A stretch of 64,000 nt of DNA from the human T2T-CHM13v2.0 reference genome, Homo sapiens (GCF_009914755.1 NC_060933.1), one strand, 5' to 3'. Shown: positions 15,523 through 29,962, counted from the first letter of the stretch. Translations and numbers: made by a program. The notes: generated by a model not told the origin, from the letters alone.

Positions 15523-17961
15523 GCCCAAAACATCCTCTTTAAATCTTCATAATATGCAAAATAATAATTAGGTGTTGTTTTTTGGACACTGTTATAATGT
15601 TGCTTAGATACAGAAGTAGAACTACTCCTAGAGAAAAACCATTAGTAAATAAACTAATTAAAGGCAATTATTACAATTTCAATATCTACTATAGTAACTT
15701 GTTTCTTTAAACTACTGGCTACTAAGCTTAGGAATGATAGCCTTTCACAGACAATGCAATTTCGTTTTCAAATCGCCAATATATATTCTCTTCTTTTCAA
15801 CTTACATTCAATATTTGCAAATAATTTTAGTTCCTTGAAACCACAGTTATTTTCTTAAATATTTTATTTTTATCTTCTTTATAAGCAGGGATAGAATAAA
15901 TCAATTTGCTCTTAGTAACTGTCTTTTTAGAAACAACCTAATGTCAGTTTTCATTATATATTTCATCTTGTTAGTAAATGAAAAAATAAATAAAATTTGA
16001 ATCCCAGTCTAATGTTTGTGTTATTTCTATAAATGGATTAATGTTACTAATTTTAACATGTTCACTATGGTACCAACCAAGAATTATCACTTACGAAGGA
16101 AAAGTTGCTAACAAAGAATTCTTTGTATAACAAGTAACATATAATTGAGTATATAATTTTACCTATGTGAATTGTCTCATCCAACTTTTCACAGTACCAC
16201 ACATCTAATGATGTAAGATAATGACATCATTTCTTTCATTGAAAAGGAAATTGTAAATACACAGGAATGTATTCACTTTGGAAACTATAAGGACTTCTAA
16301 CACTTTAGTTTAAATTATATGGATAAAATTATGCATGAAATATTCTATAAGAGGTCAATAAAATGTATTTTTGTGACAGTCCTAGGAGCAAAGATTGTCC
16401 ATGAACATAATTTCAAAGGCATACAGGCAAACACACACACTCCCCCAAACACATACACCCACAGACACATAGGTATAAAGTAACTTGTTGACTAGTAGAA
16501 CATATATTGAATAGTTAACACTGATTTTTTTCACATTCACTTCTTTTAAACAATTCGTTGTTTGATACATTGGCTTTCCCTCTGTCTGAATAACATTTGG
16601 TAACTACTACTTTCCTTAGAGCTTTAGCTTCTACCAACCACGTTTCAAACGAATCTATTTTTTTTTACTTTGCTATTGTACTTCGCACAAACCTCTCTAA
16701 CTGTGCATAAATACAGTATTGTCACATGAAGTGTAATTCATGTGCTTATATATCAAATTCCCCTTGATGTTATGGGCTCTGTTAAGAGGTTATAAATCTC
16801 ATTAATTTTTATATACATAGCATTAAGGAAAAAGCTTGAAATATAGTTGTTCAACAAATATTTGTTGACTAGATATGTAGTGTCCACTCACAATTGAAGA
16901 GGATTTAACACTGATAAAATAATAATTAAAATAATAAACTTTTCCAAAGTTGATTCAATTAAAGGTCACATTCATATCACTTCAAGTGTTATTTCATCAA
17001 AACCATAATCCATATTATATACTAACATGTTAAAGTAATACAAACCCGAAGTAATAAAAATAGACTAAAAATATTAGTACACATGATACACATCTTTAGT
17101 TATGACACAGAAATTTAATCAAACATAGGAAATGTGGGCCACTACCCTGTTATCACTCAACATTTCAGTAATGGAAATGGTTAAAGTAGCACAAAATGAG
17201 AATTCATTTATCTGAAATTCGCTGGCAAAATAAGACTCTAAATGCTTCTAAATGCTTACTATAGCCACAAAAGGTTTTTACTTTCCTTATAGAAAAATAA
17301 ATAAGTCAAGATTCATTGATTAGTATTTCTCTATTTTTATTTTAAAATAAAACAATACATGTTTTTTGTAAAAAATACACACAATACAGAACTGAACAAA
17401 GAACCAATTTAAAAATTAGCTGTACTCCCACAACATAGGGATATTCACTTTAAGATGAAAAAATTTGGTGCATATCATTTCAAACATTTATTTCTGAATA
17501 AAATATGTGTATGTGCATTCATAGAGAACAACTGATAGAATGTGAACGATATAGATAAGGATTTTAGCCTTCTCAACATTTAGAAGTTAAAATTGAGTCC
17601 CTATCTAGAAGTTAAAATTGAAATAATAATATAAATATAAAATTAATTTAAAAATTTTGTAAGTATTAACATCTTCATTATAATAAATTGTATGCATGTA
17701 CTATAGTTTAATTAACTGACCCATTTAATCAGACGTGAACTTTTTAAAAACCAGTGTTTATAAAGTATACTCCCATCAATTATCTGTACATTAATCTGTG
17801 CAAATATTTCTAAGATTCTTTATACAACTCATAGTTTAAGGCGGATATCTGCCTTTAAAATGATCAGATTCAATATTTTCATTATACAGATTAGATAATT
17901 TACTTGGCTAAATATGTCTTGTTATGATGCATCCAAACTTGTGTAATAAAATCTGGCCCTA

Positions 17962-18255
17962 GGCCAGGTGCAATGGCTTATAGCTGTAATCCCAGTATCA
18001 CTTGAAACCAGGAGTTTGAGATCAGCCTGGGCAGCGTAGTGAAAAGCTATCTTTACAAAACATTTGAAAATTAGCTGGACATGTTGGCATGTAGCAGTAG
18101 TCCTAGCAACTCAGGAGGCTGAGGTAGGATGGTCACTTGAGCCCAGAAATTTGAGGCTTCAGTGAGCTATGATTGTGCCACTGCATTCCAACCTGAGTGA
18201 CAGAGCAAGACCCTGTCTTTAAAAAAATAATAATTAGAAGAATAAAAATAAAACA
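17962..18255 (+). mobile_element. AluJo with a ~25-bp left-arm deletion
   Basis: cccagtatcacttg junction; Jo diagnostics gagctatgattgtgccactgc and agaccctgtc. Confidence 0.9.
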
Positions 18256-18466
18256 AAATCTTAGTGTATATATTAATGTAAATGATTTCTTGATATTCCA
18301 TATATTGTTATTCAAAATATAAATGAAATACACAATAAATGCTTTGTAGAATCACTTTTTGATATTTGTCAGAAGTGCTAAATATGGGAATCATTATCAT
18401 GTTTTGTTGGCCTGTGAGTAAAACATAACTCAATATAAGAATTTCTATTCATTTCATTTCCTTCAG

Positions 18467-18510
18467 GCTTAATGTAAATAGTATGAATAACTTAAACAGC
18501 AAAAAACATG
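18467..18510 (+). CDS. Putative 44-nt coding exon (LNVNSMNNLNSKKH-G, phase 2 to 1)
   Basis: Strong acceptor atttcatttccttcag, consensus donor ATG/gtaagt at 18511, open frame that joins the exon at 19490 in phase. Confidence 0.5.
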
Positions 18511-19489
18511 GTAAGTGACAAAAAATCTCATTAAATACATGAGAATGGGATATAGTATAGCACATATATGCAATATTTTAGTGGGACTTTGTTTTATTTT
18601 ATTTTATTTGTTCTAGAGCCTCTTTTTAGATTTTAGAAACTATTTCTAATAGCAGAAAATTGTAATTACAAGATCTGTGGTTGAAATTTCTTCAGTTTAT
18701 AATGACAATAAAGTACGAATACACAAGTAATCTCATTTTGTAATTTCTTATTAGATAGTTAATTTTTGATCAAATTATCTTAAATCTAAACCTGGCAGAT
18801 ACAACAGCGAGCAAAATATTTTTGGGTCACTGCTGTTGTAACCTACACTGAATTAAAAATCAGATTGCTACTTACATAATTTTTTATACCTGGAATAATT
18901 TAAAAATCTTTTATAATTCAGACCTCTTATTGTTGTATTTCAGCAAGTATTTTTTATAACCGATCATACAGGCAAAATGTATCTCAGAGGTTTGCCTTTC
19001 TATTCTACAAATTCAATACATCTATTCCTTTACACATACAGAAAATGTGGAAAAACAGAGTACTGAGTAACTAAATACATTATGTTAAAATATATACTAA
19101 AAATGTATTTTTTTCCAGCTTTAAAATTATTTATGATGTTAAATTATTGGGAAGCAGGCCAAAGAATACAGGACCATTTTAAAGCTTCTTGATCTCATAG
19201 AAATTAAGCATTAAAATTCAGTCTGGGCTGAGCAAGGACAGATCACTGAAGTGGAGAGAGCATGTTGATGCAAATGGAAAGAGAAAGACTTCCTATAATA
19301 ATGAAAGGAGCAATGAACCTGAGCTAAGAATGACTGTCTATGAGAATATTATACTTGCTTATGCAGCACAGGGTTCCTATCTCCTTTTAGACTCTGTCCA
19401 AACTTATTAGAAATGTAATTGCAACTGTCTGTTCAAATACTGGGTAACAGCAATTGCATTTTTCCCATTCCTTCCTATTTCATTCACAG

Positions 19490-19542
19490 GTAATCTCTGC
19501 ACTATGCCTGCTTATGATAAGGGAAGAACATGCAAACCTTGA
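19490..19542 (+). CDS. Putative terminal coding exon (GNLCTMPAYDKGRTCKP*)
   Basis: Long pyrimidine tract tttttcccattccttcctatttcattcacag, TGA at 19540-19542, AATAAA at 19576 followed by U-rich and GU-rich downstream elements. Confidence 0.5.
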
Positions 19543-19575
19543 ATCCCTTGTAACCATTAGGCTATTCACTTCTAG

Positions 19576-19650
19576 AATAAAACAGAATCTATTGTATCTA
19601 AACTAGTTTTAGTTTTTTTAAAGTGCTCTAATTCTTGGTGGGCGTTTGGG
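19576..19650 (+). terminator. Candidate polyadenylation signal with downstream U/GU-rich element
   Basis: AATAAA at 19576-19581, then tagttttagttttttt (~19604-19620) and ttggtgggcgtttgggtgt. Confidence 0.45.
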
Positions 19651-20106
19651 TGTATTAATGTTATAACGTTGTAAGGAGAGGATAACTTTTATATTGGAGA
19701 GGACAAATCAGTGTAAGTTATTTGTTAAATAGTCTTAGCATTCACTTCACACTTGCTCCATGGCAAAAATGTATTTCTGCCTTAGAAGTAAGAATGTATT
19801 CCACACAGGTATTATAATTGCATTTTAATTGTCATCATCACAACAACTGTAGTTTTATTATTAACTTCCAAATATAATTATCATCATTACCCTGCTAAGT
19901 TACTTTTAAAATAGCTAAAATAAGCAGTCTAATAATTATATTGTGCAGTATGGTTTTTTTTTTTAACATAAAAGGTGCTCCTTAACACAAACTACAAATA
20001 ATATAGTGGGATATGCAATGGCTTTGAAGTTAGAGTCCTAGCTCTATCACTTTCAGTGTGACAGTTGATCACTTTTGAATGAAAATAAAATATCAACATT
20101 ACTATT

Positions 20107-21232
20107 TCTTTTTCTTTTTTTTTTAACTATAAGTTCTGCGATACATGTGCAGGAGGTGCAGGCTTGTCACATAGGCATACATGTGCCATGGTGGTGTGCT
20201 GCACCTATCAACCCATCATTTAGGTTTTAAGCCCTGTATGCATTAGGTATTTGTCCTAATGTTGTCCCTCGCATTGCCCCCCACCCCCTGACAAGCCCCG
20301 ATGTGTGATGTTCCCCTCCCTGTGTCCATGTTTTCTCATTGTTCAGCTCCCACTTATGAGTGAGAACATGTGGTGTTTGGTTTTCTGTGCCTGTGTCAGA
20401 TTGCTGAGAATGATGGCTTCCAGCTTCATCTATGTCCCTGAAAAGGACATGAACTCATTCTTTTTTATGGCTGCATATTATTCCATGGTGTATATGTGCC
20501 ACATTTTCTGTTTCCAGTCTATCATGATGGGCATTTTGGTTGGTTCCAAGTTTTGCTATTGTAAATAGTGCTGCAATAAACATACGTGTGCATGTGTCTT
20601 TATAGTAGAATGATTTATAATCCTTTGGTTATATACCCAGTAATGGGATTTCTGGGCCAAACAGTATTTCTGGTTCCAGATACTTGAGGAATCACTACAC
20701 TTTCTTCAACAACCAACACAAACAATTCCTCAACCAACAACAATGGTTGAACTAATTTACACTCCCACCAACAGTGTAAAAGTGTTCCTATTTCTCCACA
20801 GTCTCGCCAGCATCTGTTGTTTCCTGACATTTTAATAATCGCCATTCTAACTGGTGTGAGATGGTATCTCATTGCAGTTTTGATTTACATTTCTCTAATG
20901 ACTAGTGATGATGAGCTATTTTTCATATGTTTGTTGGCCACATAAATGTCTTCCTTTGAGAAGTGTCTGTTCATATCCTTCACCCACTTTTTGTTGGGAT
21001 TGTTTTTGTCTTGTAAATTTGTTTAATTTCTTTGTAGATTCTTGATATTAGCCCTTTGTCAGATGGATAGATTGCAAACATGTTCTCCCATTCTATAGGT
21101 TTCCTGTTGACACTGATGATAGTTTCTTTTGCTGTGCAGAAGCTCCTCAGTTTAATTAGATCTCATTTGTCAATTTTGGCTTCTGTTGCAATTGCTTTTT
21201 GTGTTTTAGTCATGAAGGCTTTGCCTATGTCT
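20107..21232 (-). mobile_element. 5'-truncated L1PA (PA7/8-like), ~1.1 kb
   Basis: Poly-T, L1PA 3'UTR, ORF2 C-terminus ([25 protein letters not shown]); short TSD ctatttc. Confidence 0.9.
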
Positions 21233-21290
21233 ATTTCAAGTTACATAAGACATTTCCAACAATGTCAGATATATGGTGATTTACTATTTT

Positions 21291-21322
<32 letters not shown>

Positions 21323-22529
21323 AAATCTTTATATCTTAACCACCTCATAGCCTTCTCTCAAAGTTCTTTTGTATATCATTTTTTGTTGTTTTAATAGTTT
21401 ACCCAGATAACCATGTATATTCATATACTCTATATAAATTTAAAACATTTTTGAAGATTTACTCAAATATCACCATCCATAGTCAAAATGATTTTGTGTG
21501 TCTCTACATGCATTTCCATAGTTTACAGTAAAGCATATAGAGATTTAAAATGGCTGTTTTCTTTTTTAGATTATATATCTGTTAGGTATCATTTTAGTCA
21601 TTTTACTCCCCCCAAAACTGATGTTGAATATTTCTTTTAATATATTAGCATATTATACAATTGAGTTGAAATCAATTGAAATTTTGGCCTAGTTGTACAA
21701 ATGAAAATGGAGTTGCACTTTTATTTCTTATTTACAATTTTATGTAGAACTCAAAATATTTTGCCAATTTTATGAGCATTACTGCTTACTACAATTGATT
21801 TATCCAGGTTTGGCTTTTTTATTTTTTAACTGATGCACAAATATGTCAAATAGCAGAGGATAAACCAGTTTGTAAAGCACTTGTTGAGGCATCTTTAAAC
21901 ACAAAATGCTACCATTTGCTTTCTATAAAAGTATAACTATTTTCAGAAGATTTCTGATACTAATTACAAGTCATTGTTTATCAGGCTCTAACAGGAGATA
22001 GAAAAGTATACTTGTAGTTCTTTTGATAGTCAGAGACATTAATGTTATCTTTAAATAATTGGGTTATTTATTAAGTAAATTTTAGCCCTAATCATTCAAT
22101 AGAAGATAACTAGGTTATAATTATTGATCAATAACATGAAGCTAATTTTTATAGATTATTACTAAAAATTTTGGCAACTGTATTATGTTGTGAATGCTTA
22201 GAGGTACAATTAACAAATTTCAATAAACTGTAAAATCATAGAGTAATATTTAATAATGTTGTATCTATAACTTTTAGTTTTTATTTGGTTTGTTTGTTTT
22301 CTTGTTTAAGTAAAACAAAAAAACAAATTTCTCCCTTGGAGAAGTACCGATGATAATAAGAGTGTATACTGAATGCACTCTCATTAAGAGTATGCTATGG
22401 TGTTTTAAGGTCCTTTCTCCTACAGTCTTCCTGTTTAAGTAAATTTTACCCTGATGTTATCTTTTTTTTTCTTAATTGGGAAGATATTAGGATGAGTGGA
22501 CTCCAGCACCTTCGGTTCCTATGTAAGCA

Positions 22530-22612
22530 AACCTCCAAATACCAACAAAATGGGGATTAGGGTTTAAACTTATGAATTTGGGGAAGGCACAAACATTTAG
22601 TTCAAAATAGCT
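22530..22612 (-). mobile_element. MaLR (MST/MLT1A-type) LTR fragment
   Basis: ggggattagggtttaaacttatgaatttggggaaggcacaaacatttag is the reverse complement of a MaLR LTR 5' end. Confidence 0.6.
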
Positions 22613-24007
22613 GTTATTTTTTAACTAAAAATGGTAAATTGATATACTAATGATATAAATAATAGTTGATGACTACAGATTATAGTACCATCCTTCCAGG
22701 TGTAAAAGACTGAGATCCTCATGTGCTTACAATATAAATTGTGCATATTAGAATACCAAAGGCACCAGGGTATTTTGAATGTGCGTTGTATACCTAATGC
22801 TTTCTTGCCTTCACTGTTTATTGTAATTTTATTCCATTCCAATCTGCCATAGTCCTCTATTGACTTTTAATTCTAAAAAGAAAGAGAAATAATGCAGAAA
22901 TCTATGCATTTAGAAGCTCAGAGGTTTTTGCATCAAACTGATCATGTATACTTCTAATTTACTCATGCAGTGCATATTTAGTAAAGTTTGTTTGTTTGTT
23001 TTCTATGAAAATGTTGGTTCAAACAATTCTCTAGGCTCTGGTTAAAATAGGGGGATAAAAATAGAAATAGATCCAGTTTCCTGCTGAAATATTTGTTATT
23101 TTCTTCACTGAAACATAAACAATTCACCCATAAATAATTGCACAGGCAAGCTGTAAATCCTTTCTCTTCAGCCTCTTTTAGCAGGGCTTGCAGAATTGAT
23201 TTATACTTATATTGCGGCTATCACTATGTCAAAATAGTTTATTGCAAAAATTCCATTGTTTACTGATTATTTTAATGCAAAACTTAATAAGCTGAGAAAA
23301 ACATTTTATGTATGGATTATAAACCATCCCTACTCAATAACTAAAGCTGCTAATCTTGCTCACTACTTTATTGTTGCAAATTGATTTCAGAAAATAATAT
23401 AAAATACAAACACACTCATAATGGCTATATTAGAAGATGGATCTGGTTTCATATAGTGTTAATTTTTACTGTGTTATTCAATTAAAATCATGCACACTGT
23501 ATCTGTTACAGTATATTTTATAATGCCAAAGGTAAATTTAATAGTCTATTGTGCACATCTGCTGTCCCTGATCTTTTAGCACTCCTGTGTAGTATACTTA
23601 TTCATTTACTTTTGCTTTGTTGCTCAAAAAATTACTTTTATGCTTTAGAGTTCTGCATCATGACTCTCAAGTGGCCTTGGACAAGCATGGATGAATCACT
23701 GTATTGGCTCCATCATAAAGATAAGTGTTTTCTACACTCAGGTTGAAAGATGCTATCAAAACAATCACCTACCTGTGTTTGGAAATACAGCAAGAAATAT
23801 GATGAAATTTGAGCAGTAGCTGTCATGTTAAGCCATGTCACTTTTCCTGTGGGAGCAATAGTGGCAAAATGTTTATGGAATTTTTCTTTTTGTCAGATGG
23901 TCTCTAGATTTACATGTTAGCTCTGTTACTTATTAGCTATTTCTCCTTACACAAGTTAATCAATATCCTGAAGCCTAACTTTCTTAATAACAACACTCCA
24001 TCACTCC

Positions 24008-24305
24008 TTTTTTTTTTTTTTTTTTTTGACGGAGTCTCGCTCTGTCGCCAGGCTGGAGTGCAGTGACAGTGATCTCGGCTCACTGCAACCTCCACCTTCC
24101 GGATTCAAGTGATTCTCCTGCCTCAGCTACCTGAGTAGCTGGGACTACAGGGGCACGCCACCATGCACAGCTAATTTTTGTATTTTTAGTAGAGAAGGGG
24201 TTTCACCATGTTGGACAGGATGGTCTCAATCTCTTGACCTCATGATCTGCCCACCTCAGCCTCCCACAGTGTTGGGATTACAGGGGTGAACCACCATGCT
24301 CAGCC
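24008..24305 (-). mobile_element. AluSc
   Basis: Diagnostics tgtcgccaggc, aggatggtctc, gacctcatgatc; TSD actccatcact(c/t)cttt. Confidence 0.93.
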
Positions 24306-24559
24306 TACTCCATCACTTCTTTTATCTCACCTTATAGAAAGAAAAAGAGAGAGAGAACTTTGGGAAAAACTCAAATACCTGATTTCTCCATGTACATACT
24401 AAGGAAGTTTTATACTGATAAAAAAATCCATATATCATTCTCATCTCCACCTAGCATTTTATTTTACACAGATATCCAGAGTGATCAGACATATACTGCC
24501 TCAACTTACCACCAAAGATACAGCGATACATATATCTGCAATCAAGTTATACTATTTGT

Positions 24560-25345
24560 TCAAATATGTGTGTTTTTCTCTCTATCAGTCAATTAAAGGT
24601 TTATATTTTCTAAGAAGTAACTTTTGGTTTTATTGATAACTTTATTGAATTTTCTATTCTTTATTTCATTTTTTGTTCTAATGTACACTATTTCCTTTCA
24701 TTTATTTTGGATGTGGTTAGCTCTACTTTTTCTAATTTTATAAGGTGAAAACTTATAGTGTTGATTTGAAATATTTATTTCCTTTAAGATAGCCAGATAC
24801 AAATACATTTCCCTCTAAGCACTGCTTTAGCTGCATCCCCCAAATTTTAGTGTGTTGTGATTCGGTATTCATTTTTCCCAAGGTGTTTTCTGACTTCCAT
24901 TGTGACTTCCTCTTTGACCAATTATCTTATAAATTTCCACATAATTGTGAATTTCCAAAATTTTCTCCTATTATCACTTTCTAACTTTCTTTCATTGTAG
25001 TCTGAAAAAGCATTTTGTATTATATCATTAAAAAAAACCCTTGAGGTATGTTTTATAACCTATCATACAGTATATCCTGGAGAAAGTTCCACATACACTT
25101 GAGAATAATGTGTATTCTCGGTTGTTGTGTGGAGTGTTCTTTATGTGTATAGTAGGTTTCATTATGTTATACTGTTGTTGTGTTATTCATGTATTCTATT
25201 TTGTTATTGATCTGCCTAGTTATTCTATTCGCTATTGAATGTGGAGTATTGAATTATATCTAATTGTCTATTTCTCTCTTCAATTATGTGTCTTTTCTTC
25301 ACATATTTTGGGTCTCTGGTGTTAAGTACATTTATAGCTTACAAA
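24560..25345 (-). mobile_element. Old L1M ORF2 endonuclease-region fragment (piece 1 of a split element)
   Basis: Motifs ctctaagcactgctttagctgcatcccc and atcctggagaaagttcca...cttgagaataatgtgtattct. Confidence 0.75.
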
Positions 25346-25897
25346 TTATATATCTGGCATGTGCATGTGTGGATACCACCACCACCTTGCTGCTGCTAAT
25401 GTACACATGCTGATCCCACTGCCATCACCCAGATCGAGTGCTTTTGCTGTCACCCCGTGTTGTAGTGCTTTTGCCAGAAGACAGGAACACCTCGGCCCTT
25501 CCACCACAGCAGATGCTTAACCTCAAGAAGCCAGAGAACAAAGCCATGGGTCTGATCCAATCCTCCAGGGTTACAGTATTTAGCCCAAGAGTGCTGAGCT
25601 GTGCCTTGGCCCTGCAAAATTATCCAGAAATAAAGCCAGTTGACTAAACCCAACTTTCACCGTAGTAAGCCTCTTAAGAGCATCAAATAATATCAAAACA
25701 AAAAGTTCTGTCTAAAGAATAAATTCAAAGATTAAAGAAACATTAGCTCACACAGATGAGAAAGAACCAGTCCAAAATGTCTTACAACTCTAAAAAGCCA
25801 GAGTATCTTCTTACCATCAAATAACTGCATTAGTTCCCCAGCAATGGTTCTTGAGCAGAATAAAATTGCTGAAATAACAGACATAGAAATTAGAATC

Positions 25898-26076
25898 AGT
25901 TAAAGTTCAGGGTCTCTTGTAAGGCAAGTCTGGTGGGTAGAAAAATAAGATAAAGAAAAACAATTAATGGGTACTAGGCTTAATACCTGAATGATAAAAT
26001 AACCTGTACTAAAAACCTCCATGACACAAGTTTACCTGTGTAACAAACCTGACCTGAAAATAAAAGTGAAAAAACA
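25898..26076 (+). mobile_element. Tiny L1PA 3'UTR insertion carrying an inverted ORF1 tag
   Basis: taatgggtactaggcttaatacctg...acaagtttacctgtgtaacaaacctg; TSD aaat(t/c)agaatc at 25887-25897 and 26077-26087. Confidence 0.75.
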
Positions 26077-29000
26077 AAATCAGAATCTGAATGGGAAGGA
26101 AGTCATTGAAAGTCAAGAGAAAGTTGAAACTCAATTCAAGGAATCAAAGGATTCCAGTAAAACATTTCAAGAGCTGGAAGATGAAATAGTCATTTTCAGA
26201 AAGAAACAAACTGATCTGACAAAACTGAAAACCTCACATGAATGTAATAGTACAATTGGAGGTATTAACAGCAGAACAGACCAAGTGGAGGAAAGAATCT
26301 CAGAGCTCAAAGACCAGTTCTTTGAATCAACTCAGACAAAAATAAAGATAAAACATTTTTTAAATGAACAAAACCTCTAAGAAATATAGGATTATACAGA
26401 GTCCAAAATGATGACTCATTGGCATCCCTTAAAGAGAGAGAGAGAGCAAGGAACTTGGAAAATGTATTTGAGGATATTGCCCATGGAAAATGTCCCAACC
26501 TCATTAGAGAGGTTAACAATTCAAATTCAGAGAATTTAGAGAACCCCTGCAAGATAGTATGCAAGGTGACAATCCCCGAGACACATAATCATCCAATTTG
26601 CCAAAGTCAAGATGAATGAAAAAATATTAACACAGCTAGAGAGAAGGGGAAGTAACCTACAAAGGAAACCATATCAGGTTAACAGCAGACCTGTCAGCAG
26701 AAACTATATAAGCCAGAAGAGATTGGGGACCTATATTCAACATCCTTAAATAAAAAAAAAAGTATTCAAGAATTTTGTATCCTGCCAGACTAAGCTTCAT
26801 ATGTGAAGGAGAAATCAAATCCTTTTCAGAGAAGCAAAGGCTAGGAGTCTATGTAACCACCATGGCTGCCTTACAAGAGGTCCTTATGGGAGTGCTACAC
26901 ATGGAAACAAAAGACAATTACCAGCAACCACAAAAACCCACTTAAGTACATCGATAATTTACACTATAAAACGACTACACAAAAAAGTCTACATAACAAC
27001 CAGCTAACAACGTGACGGTAGGATCAAATCCACACCTATCGATATTAACATCAAACATAAAAAGGCGAAATGCCCCACTTAAAAGGCACAGAGGAGCAAG
27101 TTAGATAAAGACGCAAGACACAACTATATGATATCTTTAAGAGACACATCTCACATGCAATGACACCCATAGCTTCAAAGTAAGGGGATGGAGAAAGATC
27201 TACCAAGAAAACAGAAAACATAAAAGATCTGGGGTTACTAGTATTACTTAAAACAAAACAGACTTTAATTTTAAAAAGGGACAAATATTGGCATTACATA
27301 ATAATTAAAGTGTTCACTTCAACAATAAGACTTAACTATCCTATGTATATATACTGTCAACATTGGAGCACCTTGATTAATAAAATGAGTTCTTAGAGAC
27401 CTGTGAAGGGAATTAGATAAACACACAGTAAAAGTGGGAGACTTCAACACCCCAAAAGAGTATTTGACAAATTATCAAGGCAGAAAACTAGCAAATACAT
27501 TTGAGGCTTTAACCCAACACTTCACCAAATGGACCTAGCAGACTTCTACAGAACACTCCACCCAAAACCAACAGATTATACATTCTTCCTGTCTGCACAT
27601 TGGACATTCTCTAAAATCAATCACATGCTTGGCCATAAAGAAATTCTCAACAAATAAAAATACCAAAATCATACCAACTGTAGTCTCATACCACAGTGCA
27701 ATACAAATCAAAATCAATACCAAGAAGATCTCTCAAGACCATACAATTGCATGGAAATTAAACAATCTGTTCCTGAATGACTTCTGAGTAAACAATGAAC
27801 TTAAGGTAGAAATCAAAACAATTATTTTAAACTAATGAAAACCAAGATACAACACACCAGAATCTCTGGGACACAGCTAAAGCAGTATGAAGAGGAAAGT
27901 TAGCAGCAATAAACACCCACACCAGAAAGGTAGAAAGGTCTTAAATTAAAAACTCGGCTTCACACCTAGAGGAAGTAGAAAAAAAGAAAAGCCTAGAAAA
28001 CCTCATACTCTCTGCTCAAAGGAGCCTAGCTCTGATAAACAAGTTCAGGAAAGTTTCTGTATACAAAATCAATGTACAAAAATCAGCAACATTTTTACAC
28101 ACCAATAATGTCCAAGCTGAGGGCAAAATCAAGAATGAAATACCATTTACAATAGCCACAAAAAAAATAAAATATCTAGGAATTAAGCTAAACAGGGAAG
28201 TAAGATTACTACAATGAGAACTACAAAACACTGCTGAAAGAAATCAGAGACAACACAAACAAATGGAAAAATATTTCATGCTCATAAAGAGGAAGAATCC
28301 ATATCTTTAAAATGGTCATATTGCCCAAAGCAATGTACAGATTCAATACTATTTCTATAAAATTACCAATTACATTTTTCACAGAATTAGAAAAAACTGC
28401 TCTAAAATTCATACATAACCAAAAAAAAAAAGAGCCTGAATAGCCAAAGAAATTCTAAGAAATAAGAACAAAGACAGACCACCTGACTTCAATTGCCTCC
28501 CAACATCAAACAACACTACAAGGCTACAATAATAAAAAAACAGTATGGTACTGGTACAAAATCAGACACATAGACCAACAGAACAAATTAGAGAAGCAAG
28601 AAATAAAGCCACACATATACAACACTCTGATCTTTGACAAAGCAGACAAAAACAAGCAGTAAGGAAACGACTCCCTATTCAATAAGTGATACTGGGATAA
28701 CTAGATAATCATCTTCAGAAGATTGAAGCAGGACCTCTCCATTTCACGATATACAAAAATCAATTCAAGATGGATGAAATACAATGTAAAACAGAAAATT
28801 AAAAATCCCTGGAGGATAACCTAGGAAATACAATTCTGGACTTAGGAATGGGCAAAGATTCCATGACCAAGATGCCAAAAGCAATTGCAACAAAAACAAA
28901 ATGGTTGACAAGTGGAGCCTAATTAAACTAATGAACTTCTGCACAGCAAAAGAAACTATCAGCACAATATATAGACAACCTACAGAATGTGAGAAAATAA

Positions 29001-29511
29001 GTGCAAACTATGCATCTGACAAAGGATTAATATCCAGAATCTATAAGGAACTTAAACCAATAAGCCAAAACCAAACAACTCCATTAAAAATTGGGCAAAG
29101 GACATGAACAAACACTTCTCAAAAGAAGACCATATATGCAACCAACAAGCATATAGACAAATGCTCAACATCACTAATCATCTAATAATTATTAGAGAGA
29201 TGCAAGTCAAAACCACAATGAGCTACCATCTCAGAAGAGTCAGAATCACTATTATTAAAAAGTACAAAAATGACAGATGCTGTTGCAGCTGCTGAAAAAG
29301 GGAACACTTACACACTGTTGGTGGGAATGTAAATTAGTTCAGCCACTGAGGAAAGCAGTTTAGAGATTTCTCAAATAACTTAAAATAGAACTACCATTCA
29401 ACCCAGGAATCCCATTACTAGGTATGTACCCAAAAGAAAATAAATCATTCTACCATAAAGACATATGCATATCTATGTTTGTCTCAGTACTATCTACAAT
29501 AGCAAAGACGT

Positions 29512-29922
29512 TGTGATGGTTAATACTGAGTTTCAACTTGATTGGATTGAAGGATGCAAAGTGTTGATCCTGGGTAGGTCTGTGAGGGTGTTGCCAAAGG
29601 AGATTAACATTTGCGTCAGTGGGCTGGGCAAGGCAGACTCATCCTTAATTTGGTTGGGCACCATCTAATCAGCTGCCATTGTGGCCAGGATATAAAACAG
29701 GCAGAAAAACATAAAAAGGCTACACTGGCTTAGCTTCCCAGCCCACATATTTATCTTATGCTCTATGCTTCCTGTCCTCAAACATTAGATTCCAAGTTCT
29801 TCAGCTTTGGGACTTGGACTGGCTTCCTTACTCCTCAGCTTTCAGATGGCCTATTGTAAGACTTTGTGTTTATGTGCGTTAATAAACTCCATATATATAT
29901 TTATATATACACACACATATGA

Positions 29923-29962
<40 letters not shown>

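Noticed and set aside
15889-15914. Possible exon after the tctttataagcag acceptor
   Set aside because: The donor is weak (TTA/gtaact) and its phase is incompatible with the exon at 18467.
19490-19542. Resemblance of GNLCTMPAYDKGRTC to the CAP/GLIPR1-like GN..PY..G..C motif
   Set aside because: The match is too short, and the upstream exons lack CAP motifs.
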